A stretch of DNA of 64,000 nucleotides from Eledone cirrhosa (taxonomy: Eukaryota), in contig OZ024741.1 of the NCBI GenBank assembly GCA_964016885.1, positions 126,666,001-126,730,000 on the forward strand, read 5' to 3'. The translations under genes and the position numbers were made by a program. Each line of letters starts with the position of its first letter. Position 1 is the first letter of the stretch. Under the pieces are notes generated by a model. That model was given only the letters and a program-made list of their open reading frames with translations. It did no database searches and had not been told where the DNA came from. Shown here piece by piece: positions 1 through 14,318 of the stretch.

Positions 1-1348
1 TGCAGTTGTGTTTAGCTCACAATTCAGTCGAACTCGATCATAAAATTCTTGTTTATCAAACTAAAAATCACCCAGGGAAATCTCAAAAATTGATCCTACG
101 ACGTGTGTTACATAGAATGGATCGCCGTCGGTTTCGACTGGTTCTCCTGTTGTTCAATCACTGGAACTGCCTGTTCATGAAATTAATGTGTAAGTGGCTG
201 AGCATTCCACAGACACGTGTATTTACCATTAACGTAATTCTCAAATATATTCAGCGTGACTCTGTCTATAAAAGGGGCGGCATTTTGAATTACGTGTACA
301 ACCCATTTTTCTCAGAACTATGCAAGATGTCGGAATAGATACTACAAAGCCTTTTAGTCTAACGCTCTGATGTTCTTGCCAATTCGTCCCTTATTTCTTT
401 TTATTAGTTTCCATCATTAGACTGCGGTCATACTGAGGCGCAGCTTTAAAGGATTTAATCGGTCATTTCAACCCCGGTATTTATATTATCGATGTCGATT
501 TTTGTTGAAACAATGTTACGGAATATAAACAAGGAAATGCACTCAAATTCACACTCACACTCAAATTCGCACTCTCACTCACCACCACCACACATGGCTT
601 TCTGTAGGTTCCATCCCTTAAATTTCATAAAGTTTTGGACAACTTGAGTTGATACAAGTCATGTGCCTAAAGTATCACCCAGTGGGTTTGAACTCGAAAC
701 CATGTGATTGTAAAGCGAACTTTTTAACAACACAGTCACACAGCTATGCCTGCGCCTATATGTGTAAAGAGAAGAGAAATTTGTCGTAAAATTGATAATT
801 CAAAATTGTTTAAATTAGAATTGACAGCTGTTAGGTATTCTAATGGCTATAATTACTACTTCTTAATAGTCAAATGTTTAGTCTGTACCACCGTTAATTG
901 ATGGTCCAATATTAAATAAAAGTTGTGTATTATATATTATTATAATTCTAACAGTTAATAGCTAGGGAAATAAAAGTAAATATATAATTGTGTTTTGTTA
1001 TTGTAAGTCAGTTAAATGAGTCTATTAAAGCCACCTCCATCAAAACGTCTCATTTGAAATTCAATTGAAATATCCATTAACCGTTAAGATCCTGTAGTTA
1101 TTTAGCGTTTGTTAATCCCAATAAATATATTAGTCGACAGATATCTAACACATTGCAATAAAAGGTTTAATTTTTAATCTAATACGGTGATAAAACAGGG
1201 TTTCAATTTTCAAGAATGTCTTGCTAATGTGGTTTCATGTAGTACTGGACGCTAATAGTTAAAGTAGTATACTATTTAGGAGGTTTTTCAAAGTAAATAT
1301 TTGCATTTGAAAGAGTCCCCAAAACATTATTCCGACTATTTAGTATGT

Positions 1349-1558
1349 AGATTGGCAGAATCGTTAGAACTGTGGACAAAATGTTTTGTAGTGTTTTTTA
1401 GGGTCCTTTGGTTTCTGAGTTTAAATCCCGCCGAGGTTAGCTTTGCCTTTCATCTTTACAAAGTAGATAAAATAAAGTACCAGTAACGCACTGGGGTGAT
1501 TTAACCAAGTCCTCAATAAAACAATGTTGGCTTTGTATCTAAATCAGAAACCATTATT
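1349..1558 (+). mobile_element. tRNA-derived SINE, same superfamily
   Basis: TGGCAGAATCGTTAG, GAGTTTAAATCCCGCCGAGG, GCCTTTCATC, AAAGTACCAG. Confidence 0.85.
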
Positions 1559-3728
1559 TCGTATGTTTGTGTATGTGTGTATATGTGTTTGTATGTTGTG
1601 TATGTGTGTATCTGTGTTTGTATGTTGTGTATGTGTGTATATGTTTTTGTATGTATATAAGTATAAAATGTTACAAGTTATGACTAGAAGAGTTAGAACT
1701 TCATACATAACGAAAGTGGAATGTACACGTCATCATAAGATAGAATACTCAACGGTAAAGCTTACCATCAAGCACTCTACCCTATAATACATACATACAC
1801 ACGCACACTCAGACACAGAGAGAAGTAGGAGGATGAAAGATTGTTTCCTTTATATTTTTAAAGTTTCACGCATTAGCACTTACGTAACTTTATCGCATTC
1901 ACGAGTAAGAATTTAATATACTTCGAAGATGATTAAATGGCTATCTGAAACTTAACCATTATGAGTTATTTCATTTTCTTTACATTGAAGAACTGCTTGT
2001 TTGTGTCGATTACAAATTTATTAGTAAACATTAGCGTAAAAAAGCAATGATATAAAAAAGAATAGAGTAAGTGAATATAAAGGCGTTCTCATTTGCCTTC
2101 GTTCACATGTATATGATTAATTTTGTAATGGCTATTTCTATAAGATACTATTCTATTTCCAAATAAAAGGAAGAATTTAAAATGCAAGCTAGATTATATT
2201 TTCAACAACTTACGAAATATTTATTCTCAATTAGGATTAGAACAAAAAAACAAAAACAATTACGATAAGCGCAAGAGATGAAATTCCATTACAACGAAAT
2301 CTATTATTCATCTCAGCCTACTCTACTGAAGGACTCTTATATCTATATTTATATTTTGTTTTGTTTTGTCTAAGAGAATGTATTTTCTATCCTTATCTCC
2401 AAATGTAAATTATATACTTCAGAAACTTCACATTGGTTAAAACCACAAATACTTTAATTGCTGTCATAAGATAATGAAAATACAAGTTTTCTTGAAAATC
2501 GTAGATACAGAAGATAATTACTGGCAGATAATGAAATTTAAATACAAATTTATTGGCGATAAGGGCCGGTTTATCTTTACGAGATTTTAATATATACGTA
2601 GTGTGTTAGGACGCAGCATGTCCAAATGGTTAGGAAGTTCGTTTCGCAATCATTAAGATCCAGTTTCGATGCCACTGTGTCTGTGGAATGCTCAGTCACA
2701 CGTTAACTCTATAAGTAGGCTTATCCATAGGGATACCCATCGTCGAAACTGACGAAGGTCCATTCCTGAGGATTCAGAGTATGGTGTTTGCTTCATAATC
2801 ATAAGTGTCCAAATTCAGTCCACTTTTTGGTATCTTGGGCAAGTGTCAGTTACCATACTGTAATTTCATGTACGTCAAATATACATTTAAATAAAACATC
2901 AGTACCCTTACTTTTGAGACCGACCACACACGTACATATATATATAGAGAAAGAATAGAGAGAGAGAGAAAGAAAGAGAGAGAGATAGTCTGTGGTATTT
3001 ATATATGTGTGTGTTTAAGGTAGTGTCTGTCTATATTTATGATCCGGAACTCAGCGGCTCAACAAAAATCGTTTCAATGAAATAAGTACAAGACTTGAAA
3101 AATAAGTACTGTGGTAGATATGATCGGCTACATCAGGGCTGTTATTAGTCTAATGACTGAAAGCAGTAAAAGGTTAAAACGTATACAACATATAATGTTG
3201 TTGATATATATGAATTTTCCCTGTGTTATTAATTTTAGAAGATAAATTATCCCTGAAGGTGATTAGACTTTTAATGTTAGAAATTCAGTGACTCTCTTAT
3301 TAGTTTCCACAGACTATTTCTACTTAAGTCTTCCTTAATTGATCGAATATAAATATTGTAATACGAATGGACGCAGAAATATACGCTATTCTATATCAAA
3401 TGTCGGGAAGGATTAATTCTTTTTCATGTTTGGTAAATTAGATTCTGTAAGAAAAGCTACAGGATGTGTACAGTTAATATATTCATTGTGAGACATAAGA
3501 ATTATTTATTGTGTACACACCCAGCACTGACATATTAACTAAATAATAACGTGATATGAAATTAACACTAAGATACGGCAATGTCAGAATAAATTCTCAC
3601 ACTAGTTTAATGTTATCTAGTCAGCTATAACTTAATATCATTCTTGTGAAAACTTGCATTCAATAATATAGTTCTCACATATATCCCGATTACAACAGTC
3701 TTTCGTCGTGGAGATATTAACTCTTGCT

Positions 3729-3850
3729 GAGGTGGCGAACGTCGGATAAAATGCTTTGTAGTATATGTTCCGGTGTCTGCGCTCTGAGTTCAAATTACGC
3801 CAAGTTCAACTTTGCCCTTCATCATTTCGAGGTCAATAAAAAAAAAGTAC
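3729..3850 (+). mobile_element. Partial SINE
   Basis: GAGTTCAAATT..CAACTTTGCCCTTCATC. Confidence 0.7.
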
Positions 3851-4679
3851 GAAGAAAACGACTATGTTTAGATTTTGGGAGAGGAACGAGCACTGCCAGG
3901 AAACGCCGTATATTACTACGATGCTCTTATAGTAACTACCAGAACTTACGGGTCCATGCAATGATTGATGTAACGAAATAGCTAACATCTTGTAAGTACA
4001 ATTTGCAATGTAATATTGAATGAAATATTTATCATACACAAATACTTACATACACATATGGTGGATGCAAACTCTGCTAAGAGTATTGCAATCGCTTGTC
4101 AGATTACAGAAAATGGTGCACTTTTAGGCTACGGCCAGCCACACGAACTTGTAACAGATCCTGAACAAGCAAGGCCTGTGCTTTGAAGGTGTTTTAAGTG
4201 AGCATCAAAAACACTACACGAAAAGGAGAACTGGGCAACATCATCGGATGCTTCCGAAGCCGCAGGTTTTATTTTCAGTGTTTCCCTCTCCGAAGAAAGG
4301 TGTTGTGACTACAACTGGGCGCCTTTCACTCTCATGTGAAAAAAAGTACTATTTGGATGGCCGTTGACTCTGCTGCGTTCCTCCGCCCTTTGCCGGGATT
4401 TGTATCTCATCCCACAGGGTGTCCAAATATCACCCTCCTCTGGTGGGGTTGCCGGTTCAGTCGCCGACGACCCGACCATGAGACAGGTTGTACTAGGTTA
4501 CATGTTACCAGTAGCACTCGAGAGTGACCCGACATACACACATACGTACACGCATACATACAGAAACATACATATATAAACAAACATACAACCATGCACA
4601 TTTCAAATCCCCCTCATGGTTCTTAAGTCAATCAGTTGTTTTTCTAGTTATAGGCCTAAAATCTAAATAGACGGAATTA

Positions 4680-4726
<47 letters not shown>

Positions 4727-4796
4727 GTAGGTCCCGGGTTGAGTCGGGGATAACCACAGTAAGTAAGGTACTCAATACATGGCAGAGTAAAAATTA

Positions 4797-4928
4797 TTTT
4801 ATTTTATAGAAGGAGCTTCTACAGGACTAGTACTGTTTCATTCAGATGAAATCTTCAGGAAGCTTCCTGAAGATTTCATCTGAATGAAACAGTACTAGTC
4901 CTGTAGAAGCTCCTTCTATAAAATAAAA
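4797..4928. repeat. Perfect 132-bp palindrome centred on GGAAG|CTTCC
   Basis: Arms pair base for base from 4797/4928 to 4862/4863. Confidence 0.95.
4861..4911 (+). ncRNA. Type I hammerhead ribozyme; mirror copy on the minus strand at 4814-4864
   Basis: AGCTTC-CTGAAGA-T TTCA TC TGAA T-GAAA-CAG tactagtc CTG-TA-GAAGCT; all three stems pair; GUA cleavage triplet. Confidence 0.88.
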
Positions 4929-4947
4929 ACAAATATATATATATCAC

Positions 4948-5005
4948 GGGTGGTGCCCCAGCATGGCCTCAGCCGGATGGCTGAAACAGGTAAAAGAGTA
5001 AAAGA

Positions 5006-5008
<3 letters not shown>
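4948..5008 (+). mobile_element. Extreme 3' tail of the CR1/L2-group LINE (61-bp truncated insertion in a TA tract)
   Basis: GGTGCCCCAGCATGGCCTCAGCCGGATGGCTGAAACAGGTAAAAGAGTAAAAGAGTA nearly matches 30033-30093. Confidence 0.88.
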
Positions 5009-5076
<68 letters not shown>

Positions 5077-5257
5077 TAGATATAGATACAGAAAGCCTTA
5101 ACTCCCGATGTAGTCGTAGGTACGCCATCCAGATACATGGTGTCTCTTGGGCATTTAAACCTGGTAGACATCATTCGCCTCTACGTCGGAAAACAGCTAA
5201 TTTTTTATTCTGGAGGAGAGAGAGCGAGAGAAAGGGATCTAAATATTGAGAGGAAGA

Positions 5258-5408
5258 ATCGAGTCCTGTATTGGTCTGGTACTTTTATCGAACTCGAAAA
5301 GATGAAAAGCAAAGTTAGCTTCGCCACGATTTGAATTCAGAGCAGAGATAGCTAAAGCAAATAACACAAAGCATTCTATCCTACGTTCTAATGATTCTGT
5401 CAATTCGA
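5258..5408 (-). mobile_element. Diverged SINE
   Basis: GGTACTTTTATCGA..GATGAAAAGCAAAGTTAGC..GATTTGAATTCAG..CTAATGATTCTGTCAA. Confidence 0.75.
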
Positions 5409-6126
5409 CAGTCACGCTAGGGAGCTTTGGAAAAGTATTTGAAGTGATTTTACTATTTATCTGTGTGTGTCCCAACGGGGGAGTGAAAAGAGTTTTTGAG
5501 TTGCTCGTTCAGTATTTTACCTCTTCTGTTAAATTCTGCATATACGATTTCCTCCGAACAATGGTTCTATTTTATAATATCCATTGAAGCTCATTCTTTT
5601 TCAAATGTATAGATAAATTTAGAGTTTGTTATTATATATTCTACAGTTCTAGCTTAACCGTGCTGTCCTCTTCCTTTTATTCCTTATTTCTAAGAGTGTC
5701 CTTTTCACGTAGGAGTTTTCATTGTCAGTGATTTGTTCATTTAAATGATTTGAGATTTATGTTCATTATCTCATCAGAAATTGTCTGTTTCTGAAATTTA
5801 TATTTCTGTTCAATATAACAGTGTTATCCTGAGATAAATGTATTGCACATGGCTGGAAATAACGTAAATTACTGCAGCTTCTTGTTATTGACTCGAATAA
5901 AGGGATTTTTGCGTTAGTTTCATTTGAGCATGTGTTGAATTGATTTTTAGTAATGTGAGTGTTTTTGAAATTCAGGCTGGGTAGAGGTTGATTATTATTT
6001 TTGTCAGGATAATGTACAAACACAGAAAATGTTATAACTAAACTTCTAAGATTTTTACGTTAATACGTCAACCTTCCTAATTAGAATTCCTCAAAATGTT
6101 AGAATATCTGTGAAATGCGTTGAAAG

Positions 6127-6406
6127 CAGTGGTTCTCAAACGTTTCAAGACCTAGGACCACTTTTATTTAAATGAATTTTCCTACGGGCTCCCTGCTACA
6201 ATTACTTTTCTCCCGGATTGTTATACTGTGAGAATAAAAAAGGAGAGATATGTTTGTATTTAATAAATAAACACCCAATATTGTATGTATATAATGTTTT
6301 CAACAAAGTATTTGACATTCTGAACTTAGCTCACACCTGCCCTCTCCTTCCAGAACTACAGTTACGGTCTCCGAAGTGTCCGTGGAGCCTACGTTAGGGA
6401 CCCCTG
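6127..6406. mobile_element. Possible hAT-type MITE
   Basis: Imperfect termini CAGTGGTTCTCAAAC and GTTAGGGACCCCTG; no clean 8-bp TSD. Confidence 0.5.
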
Positions 6407-6639
6407 ATTTAAAACATGTTTAACACTCAGGTAATAAACTATAAATGAAACTCAGAGTTGATAGTTAGGTAAATATTAAATGCATTACATCCGATGGGGC
6501 TGATCTTTAGCGGTGTAAAAGATAATTTTCATAAATCTAGCTAATTAAAAGAAAACATCTAGAAATACTAAGGGAGATAAGAACGTTATTAAATGTATAA
6601 ATGTATTAAATGTATAAATCTTATCTGGTAAACCGGTAC

Positions 6640-6896
6640 TATGAGTCTTGGGCATGTGGTTAGAATGTCTCAGGAAAGAATCACTGGACAGATTTTACGG
6701 GCAAAACCAATTAGCAAGAGAACCAGGATAAGACCTTGAGCAAGATGGTTGGATAACATCCATAGTTTGGCTAGTCACGCTTGGGGATCCAGCCGGATCA
6801 GTTGGAGACGGTTGCTTCTGACAGGCCCCGCTGGAAAGAGTGTTTGAGGACTCAGTCCCATGACCATCTCAGGAATAAGTGGGCGAAGAAGAAGAG
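6640..6896 (+). mobile_element. RTE LINE 3' fragment
   Basis: Encodes LGHVVRMSQERI..RWLDNI; ends GGAATAAGTGGGCGAAGAAGAAG; related to 44640-45052 and to the tail near 39850. Confidence 0.75.
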
Positions 6897-7479
6897 ACTT
6901 GTTGTCGTTTTTTAAATGTGGAAATAAAGAAACCAGTAGTGTCCATAGTGAATTCAGAAGATGTGAACGAGATCTTAAATGGTGCAGGAGATTGTGACGT
7001 CATTGCTCCAACTAAACATAAAATATTGACAATGAAATATTAAGGAAAGTGAGTGAGGAAGATGCAGCAGAGTCGAACCACAAAATGACTTATATACACA
7101 TATATTGTAATATGGACATGTATATAAACAAATTGGAAGAGTTAGGGCAGCATTTGAAATTGCAAAAGAACATAAGTATAGATACAAAAATTGCAATATG
7201 TTTGTCTATTATTCAATATGCGTGTACTATGGCAAGACATGCAACAGGAAAAGAGGATATTGTAATCAGGATTTTACTTGGTTTCATTGGGGTATTTAAC
7301 TGCGTTCCTATACGACACATTCGATGCCATATATATGATGGAATATATACATGACGTTGAGTGCTATTTTCTTTTCATACCATATTCTGCTGATTGGAAT
7401 CACTGGATCATAAACCGTTCTACCTATTAGTGAAAACACACAAGGTAAAGAAAAAAGTATACATGTATATAAATGAGTG

Positions 7480-8220
<741 letters not shown>

Positions 8221-8303
8221 AAGTTATCCCAGGTGCAATCGGGGGTAACCACAGTAAGTATTGTACTCGATACAAAGCAGAGTATAAATATTTAATATAG
8301 AAA

Positions 8304-8354
8304 AGTTTCTACGGGACTAGAACTGTTTCATTCGTGAGAAATCATCAGGAAGCT
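8304..8354 (-). ncRNA. Hammerhead ribozyme, diverged relative of the 4861 family
   Basis: Reverse complement: AGCTTC-CTGATGA-TTTC tcac GAAT-GAAA-CAG ttctagtc CCG-TA-GAAACT; one mismatch each in stems I and III. Confidence 0.7.
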
Positions 8355-8589
8355 GACTGTCCAAGTAATATGATGGTATTTATATATTTTCTGGTGGTAG
8401 AAGAGGGTGGTGATTGGGATGGGTGGAAGTCATTGGTTGATGGGTTTAAAGAAAAGGGAATTCTTTAAAAGCTATATTTAGAGTAACAAAGGCAGAAAGA
8501 ATTCTATAAACAAGTGCAAATTGGGGGTGCCATTCCAATTTTTAAGGGTCACTTAAGCTAACAATGCCAATAATTCAGGTGTCTACAAG

Positions 8590-8594
8590 CACAT

Positions 8595-8627
<33 letters not shown>

Positions 8628-9904
8628 AAGCCATTACTCCCACACACTCGCCAAAACACACACTCTTATACCCATATATGTATATATATATATTCATATA
8701 TATACACACACACATACACATATATATATATACACATATATATATGCACACACATATACACACACATATATATACACACATATTATATATATATATATAT
8801 ATACATATACACATATACACATATACATATATACATATATACATATATGCACATATACATATATACATATATATACACATACATATATATATATATAAGT
8901 ATGTATACGTACATACATATGTGTATACAGACGTACAGTAGTATGTATATATATATACATACATGCACACATATATATATGTACGTGTGGATTCACCGAA
9001 CATTTATTATAATGCTCGGTGTGTTTGTAAACAAACATCCCGAATTAAGTCGTAGTGTCTAGCAACCATCGTTGCTCATTGTTCAACACTGACAAAGGAA
9101 CGCTGTACTAGTTTCAAGCTTATTAGCTATTTTCAGCAACGTATACCTTCCTGCCAGAACTTTTGAACGTCTGAAAGTATATACTTTCCTTATGCATATT
9201 AACGGCTGAGCAGTCTAATTTGCATATAGAGTGAGTTAATCGGTCGGGCGCACCGAAAACGATAAACAGAAGAAAGGAAACGAAATTTCATTTCTCACTC
9301 TTAGTACGGCTGTTACTTAAATGTAAGTATGTATACATACATACATATATGTATACAGACGTACATCTGGCAGGAAGGTATACGTTGCTGACGATAGATA
9401 ATAAGCTTGAAACTAGTACAGCGTTCCTTTGTCAGTGTTGAACAAATGAGCAACGATGGTTGCTAGACACTGTACGGCTTAATTCGGGATGTTTGTTTAC
9501 AAACACACCGAGCATTATAATAAATGTTCGGTGAATCCATACGTACATATATATGTGTGTGCATGTATATATATATACATACTACTGTACGTCTGTATAC
9601 ACATATGTATGTACGTATACATACTTATATATATATATATATGTATGTGTATATATATGTATATATGTATATGTGCATATATGTATATATGTATATATGT
9701 ATATGTGTATATGTGTATATGTATATATATATATATATATAATATGTGTGTATATATATGTGTATGTATATGTGTGTGCATATATATATGTGTATATATA
9801 TATATATGTGTCTGTGTGTGTGTATATATATGAATATATATATATATACATATATGGGTATAAGAGTGTGTGTTTTGGCGAGTGTGTGGGAGTAATGGCT
9901 TTAA

Positions 9905-9938
<34 letters not shown>

Positions 9939-9940
9939 AT
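8590..9940. repeat. Long inverted repeat (arms about 8590-9158 and 9366-9940, spacer about 200 bp); pLTR-like and microsatellite-rich
   Basis: AAAGCCATTACTCCCACACACTCGCC..CCTTCCTGCCAGA mirrored by TCTGGCAGGAAGG..GGGAGTAATGGCTTT. Confidence 0.92.
9383..9423 (+). ncRNA. Minimal type I hammerhead; mirror at 9101-9141 (-) carries G8A
   Basis: CGTTG-CTGACGA-TAGAT aata AGCTT-GAAA-CTAG-TA-CAGCG; palindromic minimal stem III. Confidence 0.82.
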
Positions 9941-9942
9941 AA

Positions 9943-10013
<71 letters not shown>

Positions 10014-10740
10014 TGTATATATACATATATGTATATATACACGGTAAGTTGTGTGGTCTAGTCTGCATGAAGAACTCAATGTAATCCGTATGTTGAAAAT
10101 GTTGTTAGTTAAAATAAATCACGGAAAACAATAAAACATTAAAAGGAAAACCGAGTCATGATATATGTTAAAACAATGAAATAAAAAATGAAGTCATTAG
10201 AAATATACTTCACTGTTTTACGATCGTTTCTAGGTGATGATAATACATCGTAACTATACCTCGTCATCGATCTGTGTAAGGTTAGTTACAAAATAACAAA
10301 TAAGGAGAATATTTATCACGAGCTCTTGTCAAAAAGCAATAATAATTTTATTCAAAATTAGTAGTAAATTAGTAGTATGTTTCGTTCTATGACCTTATTT
10401 GGAGGTAATTGAAGAACTAACCAATCAGATTGTTTTTTTCCATACGGTGTTAAGATGAAAAATAATTCAGTTTAGTTGAGGTCTTGACCCTTTGAAAGGA
10501 ATGGTTGAATGGTGTTAATAATAGAAATGCTATAAAAAATCTATTAGGAAGAAAGGGATTGTCAAATTGATAGTTGAATGTATATGGTATAGTGAAGTTT
10601 AAAAGGAATGTAAAAGTTAAATGTTGAGTTGTGTTGTATGGAGTTTTTAGGTGAATATAAATTAAAGTCATGACTATGAAAGATAGTATATTAAAGGATG
10701 AAAATTATAAGATAACACACACACACAACTACCCCCCCCC

Positions 10741-10797
<57 letters not shown>

Positions 10798-11390
10798 CAT
10801 ATCATACATACATACACAGATACATATTTACTCATGCAATTAAGGATGGTTGTGTACCTTGTCATTAACGCATAAATCTAAAGAAGCTAAAACATTAAAA
10901 GGTAAGAAATAAACATGAATGCGTATAATTATGGGAAAGGGATACTAACAAATGTTGCGCTACATAGAATTACAGTGAGAGGCTATTTAGAATATTTAAT
11001 TAGGTTTATAGTATTTAAATGTTTTTCGTATATGGTGATTACAAACTATAATCAGTTCCTGTCTTTTATTCAATAAGTCGTCCTTAGATTTAGTAATTTC
11101 CAAGATCTCCCCTGAACATAACCTACATTCTCTCCTGTTCCCAAGATATGGAGTTCTTTGTAGAATGGTGTCCTACAATAGCTTGAAATCTATTTTTTTC
11201 TTTTTATAGTTATTTACTGCTTCAGCTAAAGATGTGGTGTTAGCTAGTTTAGTATTGTTAAAACTACTAGAGTGTGCGTAAAATCTTTTCTTAAATGTGT
11301 TTGATGTAGATCCTATATATGTTTTGTTGGAGTCAGTAGTCGATACAGTGCATTTATATATTACATTATTAATTACATTATTAATCAAAC

Positions 11391-11576
11391 AATCGGCAGA
11401 TTGGCAGTATCGGTAGAGAGTCGGACGCCATGCTTTCCAGCATAGTTATGTCCCTTTACGGTCTGAGTTCAAATCCCGCCGAGGTTAACTTTGCCTTTCA
11501 TCCATACGGGGGCGATAAAATAAAGTACCAGTAATGTACTTGGTTTTTGCTGGCCTTGTGCCAAAAGGTAGAAACA
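11391..11576 (+). mobile_element. tRNA-derived SINE inserted in the PLE GIY-YIG remnant, with a 14-bp TSD
   Basis: A box TGGCAGTATCGG, B box GAGTTCAAATCC, body GCCTTTCATCC..GATAAAATAAAGTACCAG; ATTATTAATCAAAC at 11377-11390 and 11577-11590. Confidence 0.9.
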
Positions 11577-11883
11577 ATTATTAATCAAACCATTGCCATT
11601 TAAGGGGCAAATGCTTCTATTTCTGCAATTACAACCATACGTAAGATGGTTCTTGGGGGTACCCATACCATTCTCATTAATTCTTGAGCTATTCCTATTG
11701 TAATTAATGTTAGCGGGAGAATGAAGGTTGCTTTGTAGGTGATTTAGTGCTAGGATTGTATTGTGATTTTGTGTTATGTTGTTTTTGTGTTGGTGATTTG
11801 GGTGGTTGTGTTTTACAGGTTAAAGGATTGTATTAATTGTCCTTTTAAAAGGTGCAGTCCTATTTAAATTATGTTGTGGTGGT

Positions 11884-12390
11884 GTGGTTCAATTCGATAT
11901 CGATTCTTACTATTCATCGATTTCTCCAATTCTTTTAAACATAGCACTGATCTTCGCCAGAAATATATCGGATTTATCTACTGAGGAAATCAACATCATA
12001 CCTCACGCTAGAAAAACCTTACTAAACTTCCAAGAAGAACACTGGACAAGAAACACATATAACAACTTATTCGATATCGATATTACGATGGGATCCATGG
12101 ACTCTGCTCAAGTTACAGACGTCGTTGGACTATTTCTCCTCTATAATATTCATTCCTCTTTTCCCCACCTCAAAGGTGGTCTTTATCGGGATGATTGTCT
12201 ATTGTTATCTAACATTCTTAGCAATTCCAATATAGAGAAAAACAAAAAACAAATTAGAAAATTCCTCAAGGACGACTACAACCTTAACATCACCTTTAAA
12301 AACACTTCAAAAGTAGCTAATTTCCTTGACATTACCTTAGACTTCTCTACGAATATTTATCAACCTTACCACAAACCCAACCAGTCATGA
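11884..12390 (+). pseudogene. PLE reverse transcriptase fragment
   Basis: QFDIDSYYSSI, TMGSMDSA, GLYRDD, NFLDITL, YQPYHKPN; homologous to the 709-aa ORF. Confidence 0.9.
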
Positions 12391-12529
12391 CCTCAACTAA
12401 AGTGAATTATTTTTCATCTTAACATCATATGGAAAAAAACAATCTGATTGGTTAGTTCTTCAATTACTACCAAATAAGTTCATAGAAATAAACATACTAC
12501 TAATTTCTTACTAATTTTGAATAAAATTA

Positions 12530-12673
12530 TTATTGCTTTTGACAAAAGCTGGTGATATGCATGTAAGTAAATATTCTCCTTATTTGATATTTTGTAACTA
12601 ACCTTACATACATCGATAACGAGGTATAGTTACGCCGTATTATCATCACTTAGAAATGATCGTAAAGCAGTGA
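12530..12673 (+). ncRNA. U3-A8 variant hammerhead with ~105-nt stem II; mirror at 10210-10342 (-)
   Basis: TTATTGCTT-TTGACAA-[..GTGATA..GTAACTA ACCTT..GAGGT A TAGTTAC..TATCAT..]-GAAA-TGATCG (CGATCG in other copies)-TA-AAGCAGTGA. Confidence 0.65.
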
Positions 12674-12712
12674 AGTATATTTCTAATGACTTGATTTTTT
12701 ATTTCATTGTTT

Positions 12713-12762
<50 letters not shown>

Positions 12763-12805
12763 GGAATACTGTTAGCTTCTCGCGACAATAATTTCTATAC
12801 TTTTC

Positions 12806-12856
<51 letters not shown>

Positions 12857-13022
12857 CATATATGTATATAAATATGTATATGTATATATATATATATATA
12901 TACATACATATACGTATATAAATATATATATATATACATATACATATATATATATATATGCATATATATATGTATATATATATATATATGTATATATATA
13001 TGTATATATATATATATGTTTG

Positions 13023-13057
<35 letters not shown>

Positions 13058-13064
13058 ATGTATG

Positions 13065-13095
<31 letters not shown>

Positions 13096-13160
13096 ATATA
13101 TATATATGTATGTATATATGTTTATATTTATATATATATATATATATATGTATGTATATA

Positions 13161-13255
<95 letters not shown>

Positions 13256-13361
13256 ATAATAATAAAATTGAAGACTAAAATCCAGAGAGGGCTCGATAAG
13301 GAAAATATATATCAAATATATAAGAACCGAAGAGCAAATATTTATTAAAATAACAGATTAA

Positions 13362-13412
13362 AGTTTAAGCAAAGAATCGCTGCTTTCACCCTTAACGGGA
13401 TCTTCTGAAACT
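13362..13412 (-). ncRNA. Hammerhead-fold motif with U4A core in the 3' pLTR
   Basis: Reverse complement: AGTTT-CAGAAGA-T CCC gttaa GGG T-GAAA-GCA gcgattctt TGC-TT-AAACT. Confidence 0.7.
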
Positions 13413-14318
13413 AACAAAGTCAATCTGTAAACGCAGAACTGGATATTTCAAAAAACGTTGCAACCGGAGGAAGACAGGAAGACGATACTTTAGTTCATGG
13501 TGACGTTCGCTGGCAAAGAACGGGAAAAAACGAATAATACGTCTTTAATAGGAGCGGTGAAAAACAATTACGTGCAAGGACAGAACCACGTTTATGGTAT
13601 AAAAAAAGGTCGTAGACTAATGTTCTCTAAGTGGTGCATAGAGACGTTCTCTGGCAATGAACGAAAAAACGAAGATAATAAGTCATATGTGGAGCGTGGA
13701 GAACAATAGCGTGCAAAGACAAAACCACGTAAATGGTATAGCAGAAGTCGTAGACTAAAATTCTAACTAGGAGACCGAATGAATCTCCGCCACAGAGTTA
13801 AGAACAAAGTAAATAAATACAATACAGAAGTAATAGGAACAAATAAATACATACACGCAAACAGATACGTACATACACAAGCATACGCAAAACCTTACCA
13901 TAGGTATACAAAACCACGCACATATAAATATGTGCATGTGTGTATGCTTGTGTACAAATAAATAAATAATTATATAAACGTATATAACAAGCGCACACAC
14001 ATACCTACAAATAAATACATGAAGGTTCGGAGACGTAAGTCAACTAAAACAAGAAGTACACATATACACACACCCACCATACATACGAACCGGCATACTC
14101 ACACAGACGCAAAACTCCCATATACACATAACCAAGCCCTAAATACCAGAATATGTAAAAATTATACGCAAAAACAGTCAAATATACGTACGAGAAGGTA
14201 TACATACCTTCACAAAACATACGGGTAATACATACTTACCTATGCAAAAAGTAAAGGAATAAACAAAACATATACTTAGCTCCCACATCAAGACGTAAAT
14301 ATCCACGTATAGATCGTG

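Larger units (their letters stand above)
10020..12718. mobile_element. Degenerate PLE with inversion: minus-strand 3' part (pLTR + GIY-YIG, about 10020-11880), then plus-strand RT fragment and pLTR (11884-12718)
   Basis: GIY-YIG remnant NVIYKCTV..TYIGSTSNTFKKRFYAH (11173-11388 -) and CNCRNRSICPL (11469-11666 -); about 10160-10488 is inverted relative to about 12385-12718. Confidence 0.85.
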
